64,000 bases of DNA from Escherichia coli (lineage in GTDB: Bacteria > Pseudomonadota > Gammaproteobacteria > Enterobacterales > Enterobacteriaceae): assembly GCF_001677475.2 (NCBI RefSeq), contig NZ_CP015229.1, one strand, 5' to 3'. Position numbers and translations under genes: made by a program. This document shows, piece by piece, positions 25,023 to 38,268 of the stretch. Positions within the stretch are counted from its first letter, which is position 1; every line of letters starts with the position of its first letter. Below the pieces are notes generated by a model that was not told the origin of the DNA, did no database searches, and was given only the letters and a program-made list of their open reading frames with translations.

Positions 25023-25081
25023 TTTCAGCGGTTTCGAATTCTCCAGACACTGTCTGGAGAATCTTTAAAACGAACTAAATT

Positions 25082-26414
<1,333 letters not shown>

Positions 26415-26418
<4 letters not shown>

Positions 26419-27104
26419 AGCACCGCCTTTTTCATCGCTGTGTTGTACCACTGACAAATGTGTTCAAGACGCGTAATGGCAGAACCGACCGTCACCGCCC
26501 ACGCGCCGTGGCGCATCGCATCTGCCGCCTGAGCAGGCGTGTTGTAACGCCCTTCGGCAATCACCCGACATCCGGCGTCGCTCAACGTTTTCACCAGCGC
26601 CAGATCCGGCTCTTCTGGCGTTTCAGGCGTGGTATAGCCAGAAAGCGTAGTGCCAATAATTTCGGCTCCCAGCTTTTGGCATGCCAGGCCGTCTTCCGGC
26701 GTTGAGCAGTCGGTCATCGCCAGTAAACCGTGATGGTGAATACGTGCCAGCAACGTTTCAACAGGCACCGGACGCGGGCGGTCGGTGCCGTCAATGGCGA
26801 TAATGTCCGCGCCCGCCTGCGCCAGCGCATCAACATCTTCAATATAGGCCGTGATGCGTACCGGAGAATCCTCCAGATCGCGTTTCACAATTCCAATAAT
26901 CGGCACGCTCACCACCGCACGCGTGGCTTGCAGATTTGCCACACCTTCAATACGAATGGCGACCGCGCCCGCCTGCTCTGCCGCTAATGCCATGGCAGCG
27001 ACGATTTCGGGTTTATCGAGCGGGCTGTCCGGAACCGGCTGGCAGGAGACAATCAGGCCACCGTTAGCAGCGATTTTTTGATCCAGTTGTGCAAGTAACG
27101 ACAT
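26415..27104 (-). CDS. nanE: NanE, N-acetylmannosamine-6-phosphate 2-epimerase
   Basis: ORF track 26415..27146(-) trimmed to [12 protein letters not shown]... (229 aa); 4-bp overlap with the nanK start. Confidence 0.93.
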
Positions 27105-27151
27105 ACATCTTCCCTTAGCGAAAGGCCCGGTACAGAGACCGGGCAACAGGA

Positions 27152-28642
27152 TTAACTTTTGGTTTTGACTAAATCGTTTTTGGCGCTGCCAAACGGCACG
27201 GCACCGCTGAATGGTTTACCGTCGATAGCGTCATGAGTACGCAACGCTTCCGGGCGCAACCAACGCTGAACACGAGAAGGCATATCCAGACCAATCAGCA
27301 GGATCACCACAAATGTCAGACTGAACGAGAGCGATGCCAGCGCCGTCCCCAGATCCAGACGTTGAGCGATCAACGCGCCGATGATTGGGGCCAGTGCGCC
27401 ACCCAATGCGCCAACGTTATAGGTAAAGCCCAGGCCCGCTGCACGCTGGTCGGTATCGAAATAACCGCCAATCAGTTTCGGTAAGATCCCGGCGATCCCT
27501 TGTCCAAGCATTTGCTGGAAGAACAGTAACAGACCGAGCACCCAGACGTTTGCGCCGCCAATCGCAAATACCGGAATAATCAGCAGCTGCGAGGCCAGCA
27601 GGCTACAAACGTACGCTTTGCGGGTTCCCAGCCAGTCACCGAGGAAGCCACCTACGCAGCATCCCACCGCCGCGCCAAAGCCACTAAAGAACAGCACATT
27701 GGCGACAGTATGCGGGTTATAAGCCAGATCGGTTTTCAGATACGTTGGCAGCAGCGCCTGAATCGGCCATGAGTAGAGGAAAGCAAACAACACGACCACC
27801 ATCAGCATTACGCCCGTTGGCCAGCGTTTGCCCGTACTTTGCACCATAAAGCTGATAAAGATTGCGGCGCATAACAGCCCAAGAACAGCGACGATCGCGG
27901 CATTTTGCAGGTTACCGGCGAAGCAAAACCACAGCGCAGTAGCCGCCGCCAGTGTCATTACGATATTGGCAATGCGATGTTCACCCCGGTAGAGAATATC
28001 TACCATCGTGCGTACTGGTGCTTTACCAGCATGTTTCTCTTTCCAGTCTTCCGCTTCCGGGATGTTTTTACGCAGCCAGAGAGCAAAGATGATTGGCAAA
28101 ATGCCGATAAAGAACAGCGCACGCCAGCCCCAGACCGGAACCACCAGGCTATAGACCTGAGCGGCAACGACGGCCCCCACAGAGAAGCCGGAAATCAGAA
28201 AACCACTGGCTTTATTACGCAGATGTTTTGGCCAGCTTTCAATGACATAGGTGGCGCTGGAACCGTATTCACCCGCCATCCCCATGCCGATGACCAGACG
28301 AGCGATAAACATGGTGATGTAGCCTGGCGCAAAGCCGCAGGCCAGCGTCCCGGCCGAGAAGAGAACGATGCTGGTGACCATTGCCAGACGACGCCCGTAG
28401 CGGTCACCCATAGCGCCGAGCATCAGGCCGCCGAACCAGCGAGAGATAAAGGCTGCGGAGATCAGACTTGCCGCCTGCACCGTCGTCAGCCCGAATTCAC
28501 CTTGTACTTCGGTGAGTACCAGGGCGATTAAAACGAAATCAAAACCGTCAAGCAGATATCCCAACCAGGCAGCGGAAAATGCCCGCCATTGTGCACGATT
28601 GAGATGGCGATACCACGGGATATTCTGGGTTGTAGTACTCAT
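27152..28642 (-). CDS. nanT: NanT, sialic acid MFS transporter
   Basis: ORF track 27152..28672(-) trimmed to [12 protein letters not shown]... (496 aa). Confidence 0.94.
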
Positions 28643-28711
28643 TGTGAGTCTCCCGCGGTGGGCGATGCCCACACGCTTTGGTATGAAAATTGTAGGGTAC
28701 AGATGCGTTTA

Positions 28712-28746
28712 TTTCCCCTCACCCGGTAGGGGCGAGCGAGGGGAAA
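28712..28746. repeat. Imperfect palindromic intergenic repeat (ttcccctcaccc...ggggcgagcgagggga), copy 1 (approximate coordinates)
   Basis: Read directly from the nanT-nanA spacer; a closely related copy lies at about 46561. Confidence 0.5.
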
Positions 28747-28750
28747 CAAC

Positions 28751-29644
28751 TCACCCGCGCTGTTGCATCAACTGCTGGGCCAGCGCCTTCAGTTCTGGCA
28801 GATATTTTTCATCTACCGGTCCAAACGGTTTGCGGCACAGCGGCACAGAAACGACATCCATATAATGGAGGACAGTTTTCAGGCCGCGAAATACGCCCGT
28901 TTTGATCAGTAAATCAATGACTTTATTGCACTCAGTTTGCAGTTTCTGCGCGGTCTGGATATCGCCTTCTTTCAGCGCCTTAACAATGCCCTGATAACGC
29001 CAGCCCATGATGTTGTAGGTACTACCGATACCACCATCAGCGCCCGCCAGAAGACCAGAGGCGAAGATTTCGTCGTAACCGTTATAGAGCACCAGATCAG
29101 GATGTTCACGACGGATCTGTTCCATCTGATAGAGATCGCCAGAAGTCTGTTTCAGCGCACCGACGCCAGGCAACGTAACAAGTGTGTTGATCTGATCCAG
29201 GGTCAGTTTTACCCCACTCAGGGCTGGAATGTTGTACACCACCATCGGCAACCCATCCGCTGAATCAATAATTGCCCGATAGTGATCGCAGTGTTCTTCA
29301 AAGCTGAAAGGATAGTAGAACGGCGTAACGGCAGAGACGGCATCGAAGCCATAACGTTTAGCCGATGCCGCAAGTTGTTGGCTTTCAGCAGTGCTGACGC
29401 AACCTACGTGAGCGATGAGTTTAATCTTGCCTTTCGCCTCTTCGGCGACGATTTCCAGTACCTGTTCACGCTCGGAAAGGCTTTGTACAAAGGCTTCGCC
29501 GGTAGAACCACCCACGTATAAACCGTCGATGCCCTGCTGAATATTGAACTGAACCAGGCGACGCAGACTCGCTTTATCCAGTGCTTGTTGTTGATCAAAA
29601 GGAGTCAGGAGTGCGGCCATTACGCCACGTAAATTCGTTGCCAT
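28751..29644 (-). CDS. nanA: NanA, N-acetylneuraminate lyase
   Basis: ORF track 28751..29644(-), 297 aa; DHDPS/NAL family. Confidence 0.95.
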   Translation of the reverse strand: MATNLRGVMAALLTPFDQQQALDKASLRRLVQFNIQQGIDGLYVGGSTGEAFVQSLSEREQVLEIVAEEAKGKIKLIAHVGCVSTAESQQLAASAKRYGFDAVSAVTPFYYPFSFEEHCDHYRAIIDSADGLPMVVYNIPALSGVKLTLDQINTLVTLPGVGALKQTSGDLYQMEQIRREHPDLVLYNGYDEIFASGLLAGADGGIGSTYNIMGWRYQGIVKALKEGDIQTAQKLQTECNKVIDLLIKTGVFRGLKTVLHYMDVVSVPLCRKPFGPVDEKYLPELKALAQQLMQQRG

Positions 29645-29679
29645 AAATACCTCTGAAGTGATGCTTGTCTGATAAACGA

Positions 29680-29702
29680 TATACCTTTATACCTGTTATA
29701 CC
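29680..29702 (-). promoter_or_regulatory. NanR operator: three direct GGTATA repeats in the nanA promoter (approximate coordinates)
   Basis: Plus strand reads tatacctttatacctgttatacc, i.e. GGTATAACAGGTATAAAGGTATA on the nanA coding strand, about 40 to 60 bp upstream of the nanA start; matches the known NanR operator. Confidence 0.75.
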
Positions 29703-29765
29703 AGATCAATTAAGCAACACCCCATACAGAAAGCTTATAATGCGATCTGCTTCACTAAAGTGGCA

Positions 29766-30557
29766 TTATTTCTTTTTGTTGGTGCTCTGACCGAAGGCAT
29801 GCCAGGTAGCAGAGACGCTGTTGAGATGCGATTGCAACGCGCGATCGGCTTCATCGGGATCGTGGCGGCGGATCGCGTCAACGATCGCAATATGCTGTTG
29901 ATAGCTAACGTTGTTATGCTCGTGCAGAGCCTGATCAGCCACGGTTGGACGTGCGGCGATTAGCCAGTCGAGCAGGGCAACGTGGATCGCCATGAAGATT
30001 GGGTTACCTGGGATCTCCGCCAGCACGCGGTGGAAATCAACGTCTGAGCGAATGAATGCCGCGTTGTTATCCAGCGACTGACTGTTGATTTCCAGTGCTT
30101 TTGCCAGCAAATCGATTTGCTCATCGGTGGCGTGTTCAGCCGCATAGCGCACCAGGCTGGATTCAAAGAACAGACGTAATTGTTCGAAATGGGCAATCCC
30201 ACCTGGATGAGAAAGGAAATCTTTCGCCATGCCGGAAAGCTCGCCGATGATGGTGTCCGCAGAAGGTCGAGAGACACGAGCGCGTTCGCCGTTGTTTATT
30301 TGCACCAGACCTTTGCGTTTTAACGCTGCCAGCGCTTCACGCACAGAAGGACGCCCGACGTTAAAGAACGCCATCAGTTCGCGTTCAGACGGTAATTGTT
30401 CACCTTCGCCAAATTCACGACGGCGGATCATCTGTTCCAGCTCTTCTTCCACCATTTCGGAGAGTTTTTTACGCGCCAGCGGGCGGCTGCGCAAGTTGCG
30501 ACCAATTGCAGGTGAAGAATCTTCGGTTTGCGAATCAAATGCGTTCATAAGGCCCAT
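29766..30557 (-). CDS. nanR: NanR, GntR/FadR-family repressor of sialic acid catabolism
   Basis: ORF track 29766..30557(-), 263 aa; N-terminal GntR HTH. Confidence 0.94.
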
Positions 30558-30936
30558 TCTGTAAGGTCAGTGTGATTAACATCATCAGTGACATCCTATC
30601 ACAGGATTGAAAGTAGGGGAAAATGGCAGGGTTTTCTCTTTGTGCCTCATCATTACCATAATTAATGGAATAATTAACTATTGCGGAAAATTAATGTAAC
30701 GCAGATAAAAACATCCCGATTGAATTATTTATAAGACTATTCACGAGCATTATGAATATTATGAATGTGTTCTTACAAAATAATCATAAGCGCATATTTT
30801 TTAATGAAAAATCACCTCACCCACAATTAAAAACACGACATCCGCACCATAAATAGACTTGCAAAAAATATAACATCATTGTTTTCAATCTGCCGTTTAT
30901 GGGATTGACCGTTTTCTTTTGACACGGAGTTCAACA

Positions 30937-32304
30937 ATGTTCGGCATAATTATATCTGTCATCGTATTAATTACGATGGGCTATTTGATCCTGAAAAACT
31001 ACAAACCTCAGGTGGTGCTGGCTGCCGCAGGTATCTTCCTGATGATGTGCGGTGTCTGGTTAGGGTTCGGTGGTGTACTCGATCCCGCCAAAAGCAGCGG
31101 CTACTTGATCGTCGATATTTATAATGAAATCCTGCGTATGCTGTCCAACCGCATTGCCGGATTGGGGCTGTCGATTATGGCGGTGGGCGGTTATGCCCGC
31201 TACATGGAGCGCACAGGAGCCAGTCGCGCGATGGTGAGCTTGTTAAGCCGCCCGTTAAAACTCATTCGCTCGCCGTATATTATTCTGTCGGCAACTTATG
31301 TCATCGGCCAAATCATGGCGCAGTTTATTACCAGCGCCTCCGGTCTGGGTATGTTGCTGATGGTCACCTTATTTCCGACGCTGGTGAGTCTGGGAGTAAG
31401 TCGCCTCTCTGCGGTGGCGGTTATCGCAACCACGATGTCCATTGAGTGGGGGATTCTGGAAACGAACTCCATTTTTGCTGCCCAGGTAGCGGGAATGAAA
31501 ATTGCCACATACTTCTTCCACTACCAGCTTCCGGTCGCCTCTTGCGTCATTATCTCGGTGGCGATCTCCCACTTTTTCGTGCAACGCGCTTTTGACAAAA
31601 AAGATAAAAATATCAATCACGAACTGGCAGAGCAAAAAGCTCTCGATAATGTCCCGCCGCTCTATTACGCCATTTTACCTGTGATGCCATTAATCCTGAT
31701 GCTCGGCTCGCTGTTCCTCGCCCACGTCGGGTTGATGCAGTCAGAACTGCATCTGGTGGTGGTGATGTTACTGAGTTTGACGGTGACGATGTTTGTTGAG
31801 TTCTTCCGCAAGCATAACTTGCGCGAAACAATGGACGATGTGCAGGCGTTTTTTGACGGCATGGGTACGCAGTTTGCCAACGTGGTAACGCTGGTGGTCG
31901 CGGGTGAAATATTTGCGAAAGGCTTAACGACGATTGGCACTGTTGATGCGGTTATCAGGGGTGCGGAGCATTCTGGTCTGGGCGGTATTGGCGTGATGAT
32001 TATTATGGCGCTAGTCATTGCCATTTGTGCCATTGTGATGGGCTCTGGCAATGCGCCGTTTATGTCATTTGCCAGTCTTATTCCGAATATCGCAGCCGGA
32101 CTACATGTACCAGCGGTTGTAATGATTATGCCGATGCATTTTGCCACGACGCTAGCGCGCGCGGTTTCGCCGATTACTGCGGTGGTTGTCGTTACGTCAG
32201 GAATTGCAGGCGTTTCGCCTTTTGCGGTAGTGAAGCGGACAGCGATCCCCATGGCAGTCGGTTTCGTGGTGAATATGATTGCCACTATCACGCTATTTTA
32301 TTAA
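30937..32304 (+). CDS. dcuD: DcuD, C4-dicarboxylate transporter family protein
   Basis: ORF track 30919..32304(+) trimmed to [11 protein letters not shown]... (455 aa), polytopic membrane protein. Confidence 0.92.
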   Translation: MFGIIISVIVLITMGYLILKNYKPQVVLAAAGIFLMMCGVWLGFGGVLDPAKSSGYLIVDIYNEILRMLSNRIAGLGLSIMAVGGYARYMERTGASRAMVSLLSRPLKLIRSPYIILSATYVIGQIMAQFITSASGLGMLLMVTLFPTLVSLGVSRLSAVAVIATTMSIEWGILETNSIFAAQVAGMKIATYFFHYQLPVASCVIISVAISHFFVQRAFDKKDKNINHELAEQKALDNVPPLYYAILPVMPLILMLGSLFLAHVGLMQSELHLVVVMLLSLTVTMFVEFFRKHNLRETMDDVQAFFDGMGTQFANVVTLVVAGEIFAKGLTTIGTVDAVIRGAEHSGLGGIGVMIIMALVIAICAIVMGSGNAPFMSFASLIPNIAAGLHVPAVVMIMPMHFATTLARAVSPITAVVVVTSGIAGVSPFAVVKRTAIPMAVGFVVNMIATITLFY

Positions 32305-32317
32305 GCGATTAAAAAGA

Positions 32318-32343
32318 CAAAACAGGCCGCCAGGGCCTGTTTT
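32318..32343. terminator. Bidirectional rho-independent terminator between convergent dcuD and sspB (approximate coordinates)
   Basis: aaaacaggccgccagggcctgtttt: perfect hairpin flanked by A-run and T-run. Confidence 0.7.
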
Positions 32344-32347
32344 AGTA

Positions 32348-32845
32348 TTACTTCACAACGCGTAATGCTGGTCGACCACCACGTGGTGGCTGCGGTGGTT
32401 CATCGTCAGGATGAGTGTCATCATCGTGATCTGGCTTGTCGCCATCAATAACCGACATAACGGTTTCGTTGTCTGCCGATGCCTCTTCATCATTCATGAT
32501 GCTGGCATCTTCATCGTAGGCAGCTTCAGGTTCAAACATCGTGCCTGCGCCATTTTCACGGGCGTAGATAGCCAGCACGGCAGCCAGCGGCACAGATACC
32601 TGACGCGGAATGCCACCAAAGCGCGCGTTAAAGCGCACCTCATCATTCGCCAGTTCCAGATTGCCGACAGCACGCGGCGCAATGTTGAGTACGATTTGCC
32701 CGTCACGCGCATATTCCATAGGAACCTGCACGCCAGGGAGCGTCACATCCACCACCAGGTGCGGCGTGAGCTGGTTATCCAGCAACCACTCATAGAATGC
32801 ACGCAGCAGATAGGGACGACGTGGTGTTAGCTGTGACAAATCCAT
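32348..32845 (-). CDS. sspB: SspB, ClpXP adaptor (stringent starvation protein B)
   Basis: ORF track 32348..32845(-), 165 aa; acidic C-terminal tail ending RGGRPALRVVK. Confidence 0.94.
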   Translation of the reverse strand: MDLSQLTPRRPYLLRAFYEWLLDNQLTPHLVVDVTLPGVQVPMEYARDGQIVLNIAPRAVGNLELANDEVRFNARFGGIPRQVSVPLAAVLAIYARENGAGTMFEPEAAYDEDASIMNDEEASADNETVMSVIDGDKPDHDDDTHPDDEPPQPPRGGRPALRVVK

Positions 32846-32850
32846 ACAGA

Positions 32851-33489
32851 TTAACTCCGGCCCAGACGCATTTCACGTTCTGCTTCAGTTAAAGAAGCAA
32901 GGAAAGAGTCACGCTCAAAGACGCGGGTCATATAGCCTTTCAGCTCTTTCGCACCCGGGCCGCTGAACTCGATGCCCAGTTGCGGCAGACGCCACAGCAG
33001 CGGAGCAAGGTAGCAATCGACCAGGCTGAACTCATCGCTCAGGAAGTACGGCTTCTGACCGAAGACCGGCGCAATCGCCAGCAGTTCTTCGCGCAGTTGC
33101 TTACGTGCGGCATCTGCTTCAGAAGCTGAACCGTTGATGATGGTGTTCATCAGCGTGTACCAGTCTTTTTCGATGCGATGCATGTACAGACGGCTTTCAC
33201 CGCGAGCTACCGGGTAAACAGGCATCAGTGGCGGATGCGGGAAACGCTCATCCAGATATTCCATAATGATGCGAGATTCCCACAGGGTCAGCTCACGATC
33301 CACCAGGGTCGGAACGCTCTGATTCGGGTTGAGGTCAATCAGATCCTGAGGCGGATTGTCCTTTTCCACGTGTTCGATCTCGAAACTTACACCTTTCTCA
33401 GCCAGCACAATGCGGACCTGATGGCTATAGATGTCAGTAGGACCGGAAAACAGCGTCATTACCGAACGTTTGTTGGCAGCGACAGCCAT
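32851..33489 (-). CDS. sspA: SspA, stringent starvation protein A (GST-like)
   Basis: ORF track 32851..33489(-), 212 aa. Confidence 0.95.
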   Translation of the reverse strand: MAVAANKRSVMTLFSGPTDIYSHQVRIVLAEKGVSFEIEHVEKDNPPQDLIDLNPNQSVPTLVDRELTLWESRIIMEYLDERFPHPPLMPVYPVARGESRLYMHRIEKDWYTLMNTIINGSASEADAARKQLREELLAIAPVFGQKPYFLSDEFSLVDCYLAPLLWRLPQLGIEFSGPGAKELKGYMTRVFERDSFLASLTEAEREMRLGRS

Positions 33490-33824
33490 GAAAACCTCCA
33501 GGTATAGTCAGAATTTTTACTGCTACCAGCCACCAGGTGGCCAGTCAGAAGTTGTGTTACCCAGTAAGGAACGACTCTCTTTGTTCGAAAATCAAACAAA
33601 AAATGAGCAATACCCGACATTTGGGCAGAAAATTGGATGATAGTTTACCAGATTTTGCGACCTTTGTGGTGAGTCGATGCCGGAAATGGGGAAAAAGAGA
33701 TGCGCTTTAGTCTGAAATAGTTGACTTAGTCCCTTATTGGCGATGTGGTTTTTGTTTTACCTGTCTGTCAGACGGCAGCAAAAAGCAACTTTCCATTTTT
33801 TACGCTGATTCAGAATTTAGCCAT

Positions 33825-33851
33825 AAAAAAACCCGCCGAAGCGGGTTTTTT
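33825..33851 (-). terminator. Rho-independent terminator downstream of rpsI (approximate coordinates)
   Basis: aaaaaaacccgccgaagcgggtttttt hairpin with flanking A/T runs, about 30 bp beyond the rpsI stop. Confidence 0.7.
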
Positions 33852-33883
33852 CGCAAATTGTTTTCTGCCGGAGCAGAAGCCAA

Positions 33884-34279
<396 letters not shown>

Positions 34280-34291
34280 CTATAATCCCGA

Positions 34292-34807
<516 letters not shown>

Positions 34808-34938
34808 CTACCCCTTCGAATAGCCTATGCCAGCACACAAAAAGTTTTGGGAAAAAAACTTTCTTGTAACGTGGGGTCGCAGGATTATAGAGAAGTCGGG
34901 GTCAAAGATCGACCCCTTTTTGTGATTTGTGGCAGGTT

Positions 34939-36066
34939 TTAACCCGCTAAATGCTCGCGCTTCAGATACTCTTCGCTTTGCATCTCTTGCAGACGTGACA
35001 GGCAACGCTGGAACTCAAATTTCAGCCGCTCGCCCTGATAAATGTCATATAGCGGCACTTCTGCACTCACCACTAATTTGACATGGCGCTCGTAAAACTC
35101 ATCCACCAGCGCAATAAAGCGCCGCGCTTCGCTCTCCATCAACCGCGTCATAACTGGTACATCAAACAACATGACCGTATGAAAGAGGCGTGAGAGCGCA
35201 ATATAGTCATGCTGACTGCGGGCGTCGACGCACAGCGTAGTAAAAGAGACCGCCAGCGTCTGGTTCTCGACGCCCATTGTCGCCAATGGCCGATGGTTGA
35301 TTTCTAATGTCGGTGAATTTTCTCGTTTCGCCCCCGCCAGCGCCAACCATAGTTTATCCATTTGCGCCCGGGTTTCATCGTTGAGGGGCGAAAGCCACAG
35401 ATGCGCCTGAGTGAGTGTACGCAGTCGATAATCAACACCAGCGTCCACGTTCATTACATCACAATGCTGTTTAATGGCATCGATTGCAGGCAAAAAACGC
35501 GCACGTTGTAGGCCATTTCGATAAAGTTCGTCCGGCGGAATATTTGACGTCGCTACCAGGGTAATACCGCGGGCGAACAGGGCTTTCATCAGACCGCCAA
35601 GTAGCATGGCGTCGGTAATATCAGAAACAAAAAATTCGTCAAAACAGAGCACGTCAGTTTCGGCTTTAAAGCGATCGGCAATAATTTCCAGCGGATCGCT
35701 TTGGCCTTGTAATTCGGTCAGCTCTTCGTGCACCCGCAGCATAAAACGGTGAAAGTGCAGACGCTGTTTCCGCTCTCCCGGCAGGCTTTGATAGAAAAGG
35801 TCCATCAGCCAGGTTTTCCCGCGTCCTACACCGCCCCACATATATAAGCCACGCACTGGCGTATGCTTTGTGTCTTCCCGTTTACCCCACAGCTTACCGA
35901 CCCGCGCCATTAGCCCACTCGTCCTGGGGGCTGGTGGCGTGCTATTGATGAGTTCCTGATAAATAATTTCCAAGCGGCTGACGGCCTCTTTTTGAACGTC
36001 GTCGGGTTGATGGCTGCCTTCATTGAGCGCCTTCAGGTATTGCGATGTTGGGGTAACGCTTTGCAT
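34939..36066 (-). CDS. zapE: ZapE (YhcM), AFG1-like cell division ATPase
   Basis: ORF track 34939..36066(-), 375 aa; Walker A GGVGRGKT. Confidence 0.93.
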   Translation of the reverse strand: MQSVTPTSQYLKALNEGSHQPDDVQKEAVSRLEIIYQELINSTPPAPRTSGLMARVGKLWGKREDTKHTPVRGLYMWGGVGRGKTWLMDLFYQSLPGERKQRLHFHRFMLRVHEELTELQGQSDPLEIIADRFKAETDVLCFDEFFVSDITDAMLLGGLMKALFARGITLVATSNIPPDELYRNGLQRARFLPAIDAIKQHCDVMNVDAGVDYRLRTLTQAHLWLSPLNDETRAQMDKLWLALAGAKRENSPTLEINHRPLATMGVENQTLAVSFTTLCVDARSQHDYIALSRLFHTVMLFDVPVMTRLMESEARRFIALVDEFYERHVKLVVSAEVPLYDIYQGERLKFEFQRCLSRLQEMQSEEYLKREHLAG

Positions 36067-36259
36067 GATCTTATTGTTATTCCTTGAATAATCGGTGCGC
36101 CGTTGTTCACGGTTGACGAAAAAAAGGCCGTTCTACACTACGCGATATGCAGTCGGGATTCCACTTCTGTGGAATTAACGGTTATAGTGGCATAATCAGC
36201 CGCAGGCATGGAGCCTGAAGCCAACACCCTACGGAAACAAAAGACAACGGGAGATGTTC

Positions 36260-36658
36260 ATGACCTGGGAATATGCGCTAATTGGGTTAGTCGTCGGCAT
36301 CATTATTGGTGCTGTGGCCATGCGTTTTGGTAATCGTAAACTACGCCAGCAACAGGCGTTGCAGTACGAACTGGAAAAGAATAAAGCTGAACTGGACGAG
36401 TATCGCGAAGAGCTGGTTAGCCACTTTGCCCGCAGCGCGGAATTACTGGATACCATGGCGCACGACTATCGCCAGCTGTATCAACACATGGCGAAAAGCT
36501 CCAGCAGCCTGCTGCCGGAACTGTCTGCTGAAGCAAACCCGTTCCGTAATCGTCTGGCAGAGTCTGAAGCTAGCAACGATCAGGCACCGGTGCAGATGCC
36601 TCGCGACTATTCTGAAGGCGCGTCCGGCCTGCTGCGTACTGGCGCGAAGCGCGACTAA
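36260..36658 (+). CDS. zapG: ZapG (YhcB), inner membrane protein
   Basis: ORF track 36254..36658(+) trimmed to MTWEYALIGLVVG... (132 aa). Confidence 0.9.
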   Translation: MTWEYALIGLVVGIIIGAVAMRFGNRKLRQQQALQYELEKNKAELDEYREELVSHFARSAELLDTMAHDYRQLYQHMAKSSSSLLPELSAEANPFRNRLAESEASNDQAPVQMPRDYSEGASGLLRTGAKRD

Positions 36659-36811
36659 TTTATTTTTCGGGCGCAGCCATTGCGCCCTCCTCTTCTTTCC
36701 CTCCCCGACTATCATTTAATCTGGTGTCTCATTGTTAGCCGTCTGAAAATTCAATAACATCAAACTGTTTTGAATCTCTTTTCTTATCATTCAGGTACGA
36801 GAGCAGGAATA

Positions 36812-38179
36812 ATGAAAAAACAAACCCAGCTGTTGAGTGCATTAGCGTTAAGTGTCGGGTTAACTCTCTCGGCGTCTTTTCAGGCCGTTGCGTCGATTCC
36901 AGGCCAGGTTGCCGATCAGGCCCCTCTCCCCAGTCTGGCCCCAATGCTGGAAAAAGTGCTTCCGGCAGTGGTGAGCGTACGGGTGGAAGGAACGGCCAGT
37001 CAGGGACAGAAAATCCCGGAAGAATTCAAAAAGTTTTTTGGTGATGATTTACCGGATCAACCTGCACAACCCTTCGAAGGTTTAGGCTCCGGTGTCATCA
37101 TCAACGCCAGTAAAGGCTATGTGCTGACTAACAACCATGTGATTAATCAGGCACAGAAAATCAGTATTCAGCTCAATGATGGGCGCGAGTTTGATGCAAA
37201 ACTGATTGGTAGCGATGACCAGAGCGATATCGCCCTGTTGCAAATTCAAAACCCGAGCAAATTAACGCAAATCGCTATTGCCGACTCCGATAAATTGCGC
37301 GTCGGTGATTTTGCCGTGGCGGTCGGTAACCCATTTGGCCTTGGGCAAACCGCCACCTCTGGCATTGTTTCCGCATTAGGCCGCAGTGGGTTGAATCTTG
37401 AAGGTCTGGAAAACTTTATCCAGACAGATGCTTCCATTAACCGCGGTAACTCCGGCGGTGCACTGTTAAACCTTAACGGTGAGTTAATTGGCATCAACAC
37501 GGCAATCCTTGCGCCTGGCGGCGGGAGCGTCGGGATTGGATTTGCCATCCCCAGTAATATGGCGCGAACACTGGCGCAGCAGCTTATCGACTTTGGTGAA
37601 ATCAAACGCGGTCTGTTAGGCATCAAAGGCACCGAGATGAGTGCCGATATCGCCAAAGCCTTCAACCTTGACGTGCAGCGTGGCGCGTTTGTCAGCGAAG
37701 TGTTGCCAGGTTCTGGCTCGGCGAAAGCGGGCGTCAAAGCGGGCGATATTATTACCAGCCTCAACGGCAAACCGCTGAATAGCTTTGCTGAGTTGCGCTC
37801 TCGTATCGCGACCACCGAGCCGGGCACGAAAGTGAAGCTTGGCCTGCTGCGTAACGGCAAACCACTGGAAGTAGAAGTGACGCTCGATACCAGCACCTCT
37901 TCGTCGGCCAGCGCTGAAATGATCACGCCAGCGCTTGAAGGTGCAACGTTGAGCGATGGTCAGCTAAAAGATGGCGGCAAAGGTATTAAGATCGATGAGG
38001 TTGTCAAAGGAAGCCCAGCTGCTCAGGCTGGCTTGCAAAAAGACGATGTGATCATTGGCGTCAACCGCGATCGGGTGAACTCGATTGCTGAAATGCGTAA
38101 AGTGCTGGCGGCAAAACCGGCCATCATCGCCCTGCAAATTGTACGCGGCAATGAAAGCATCTATCTGCTGATGCGTTAA
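36812..38179 (+). CDS. degQ: DegQ, periplasmic serine endoprotease (HtrA family, two PDZ domains)
   Basis: ORF track 36770..38179(+) trimmed to MKKQTQLLSALALS... (455 aa); GNSGGAL active-site motif. Confidence 0.94.
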   Translation: MKKQTQLLSALALSVGLTLSASFQAVASIPGQVADQAPLPSLAPMLEKVLPAVVSVRVEGTASQGQKIPEEFKKFFGDDLPDQPAQPFEGLGSGVIINASKGYVLTNNHVINQAQKISIQLNDGREFDAKLIGSDDQSDIALLQIQNPSKLTQIAIADSDKLRVGDFAVAVGNPFGLGQTATSGIVSALGRSGLNLEGLENFIQTDASINRGNSGGALLNLNGELIGINTAILAPGGGSVGIGFAIPSNMARTLAQQLIDFGEIKRGLLGIKGTEMSADIAKAFNLDVQRGAFVSEVLPGSGSAKAGVKAGDIITSLNGKPLNSFAELRSRIATTEPGTKVKLGLLRNGKPLEVEVTLDTSTSSSASAEMITPALEGATLSDGQLKDGGKGIKIDEVVKGSPAAQAGLQKDDVIIGVNRDRVNSIAEMRKVLAAKPAIIALQIVRGNESIYLLMR

Positions 38180-38268
38180 TGTCGTAAACCGGGCATCAGG
38201 CTGACGTGTGATGTCCGGTTAACTCGTGGTATGCTGCTGCCGTTCCCTTTTTTAATGACGCCTCCATC

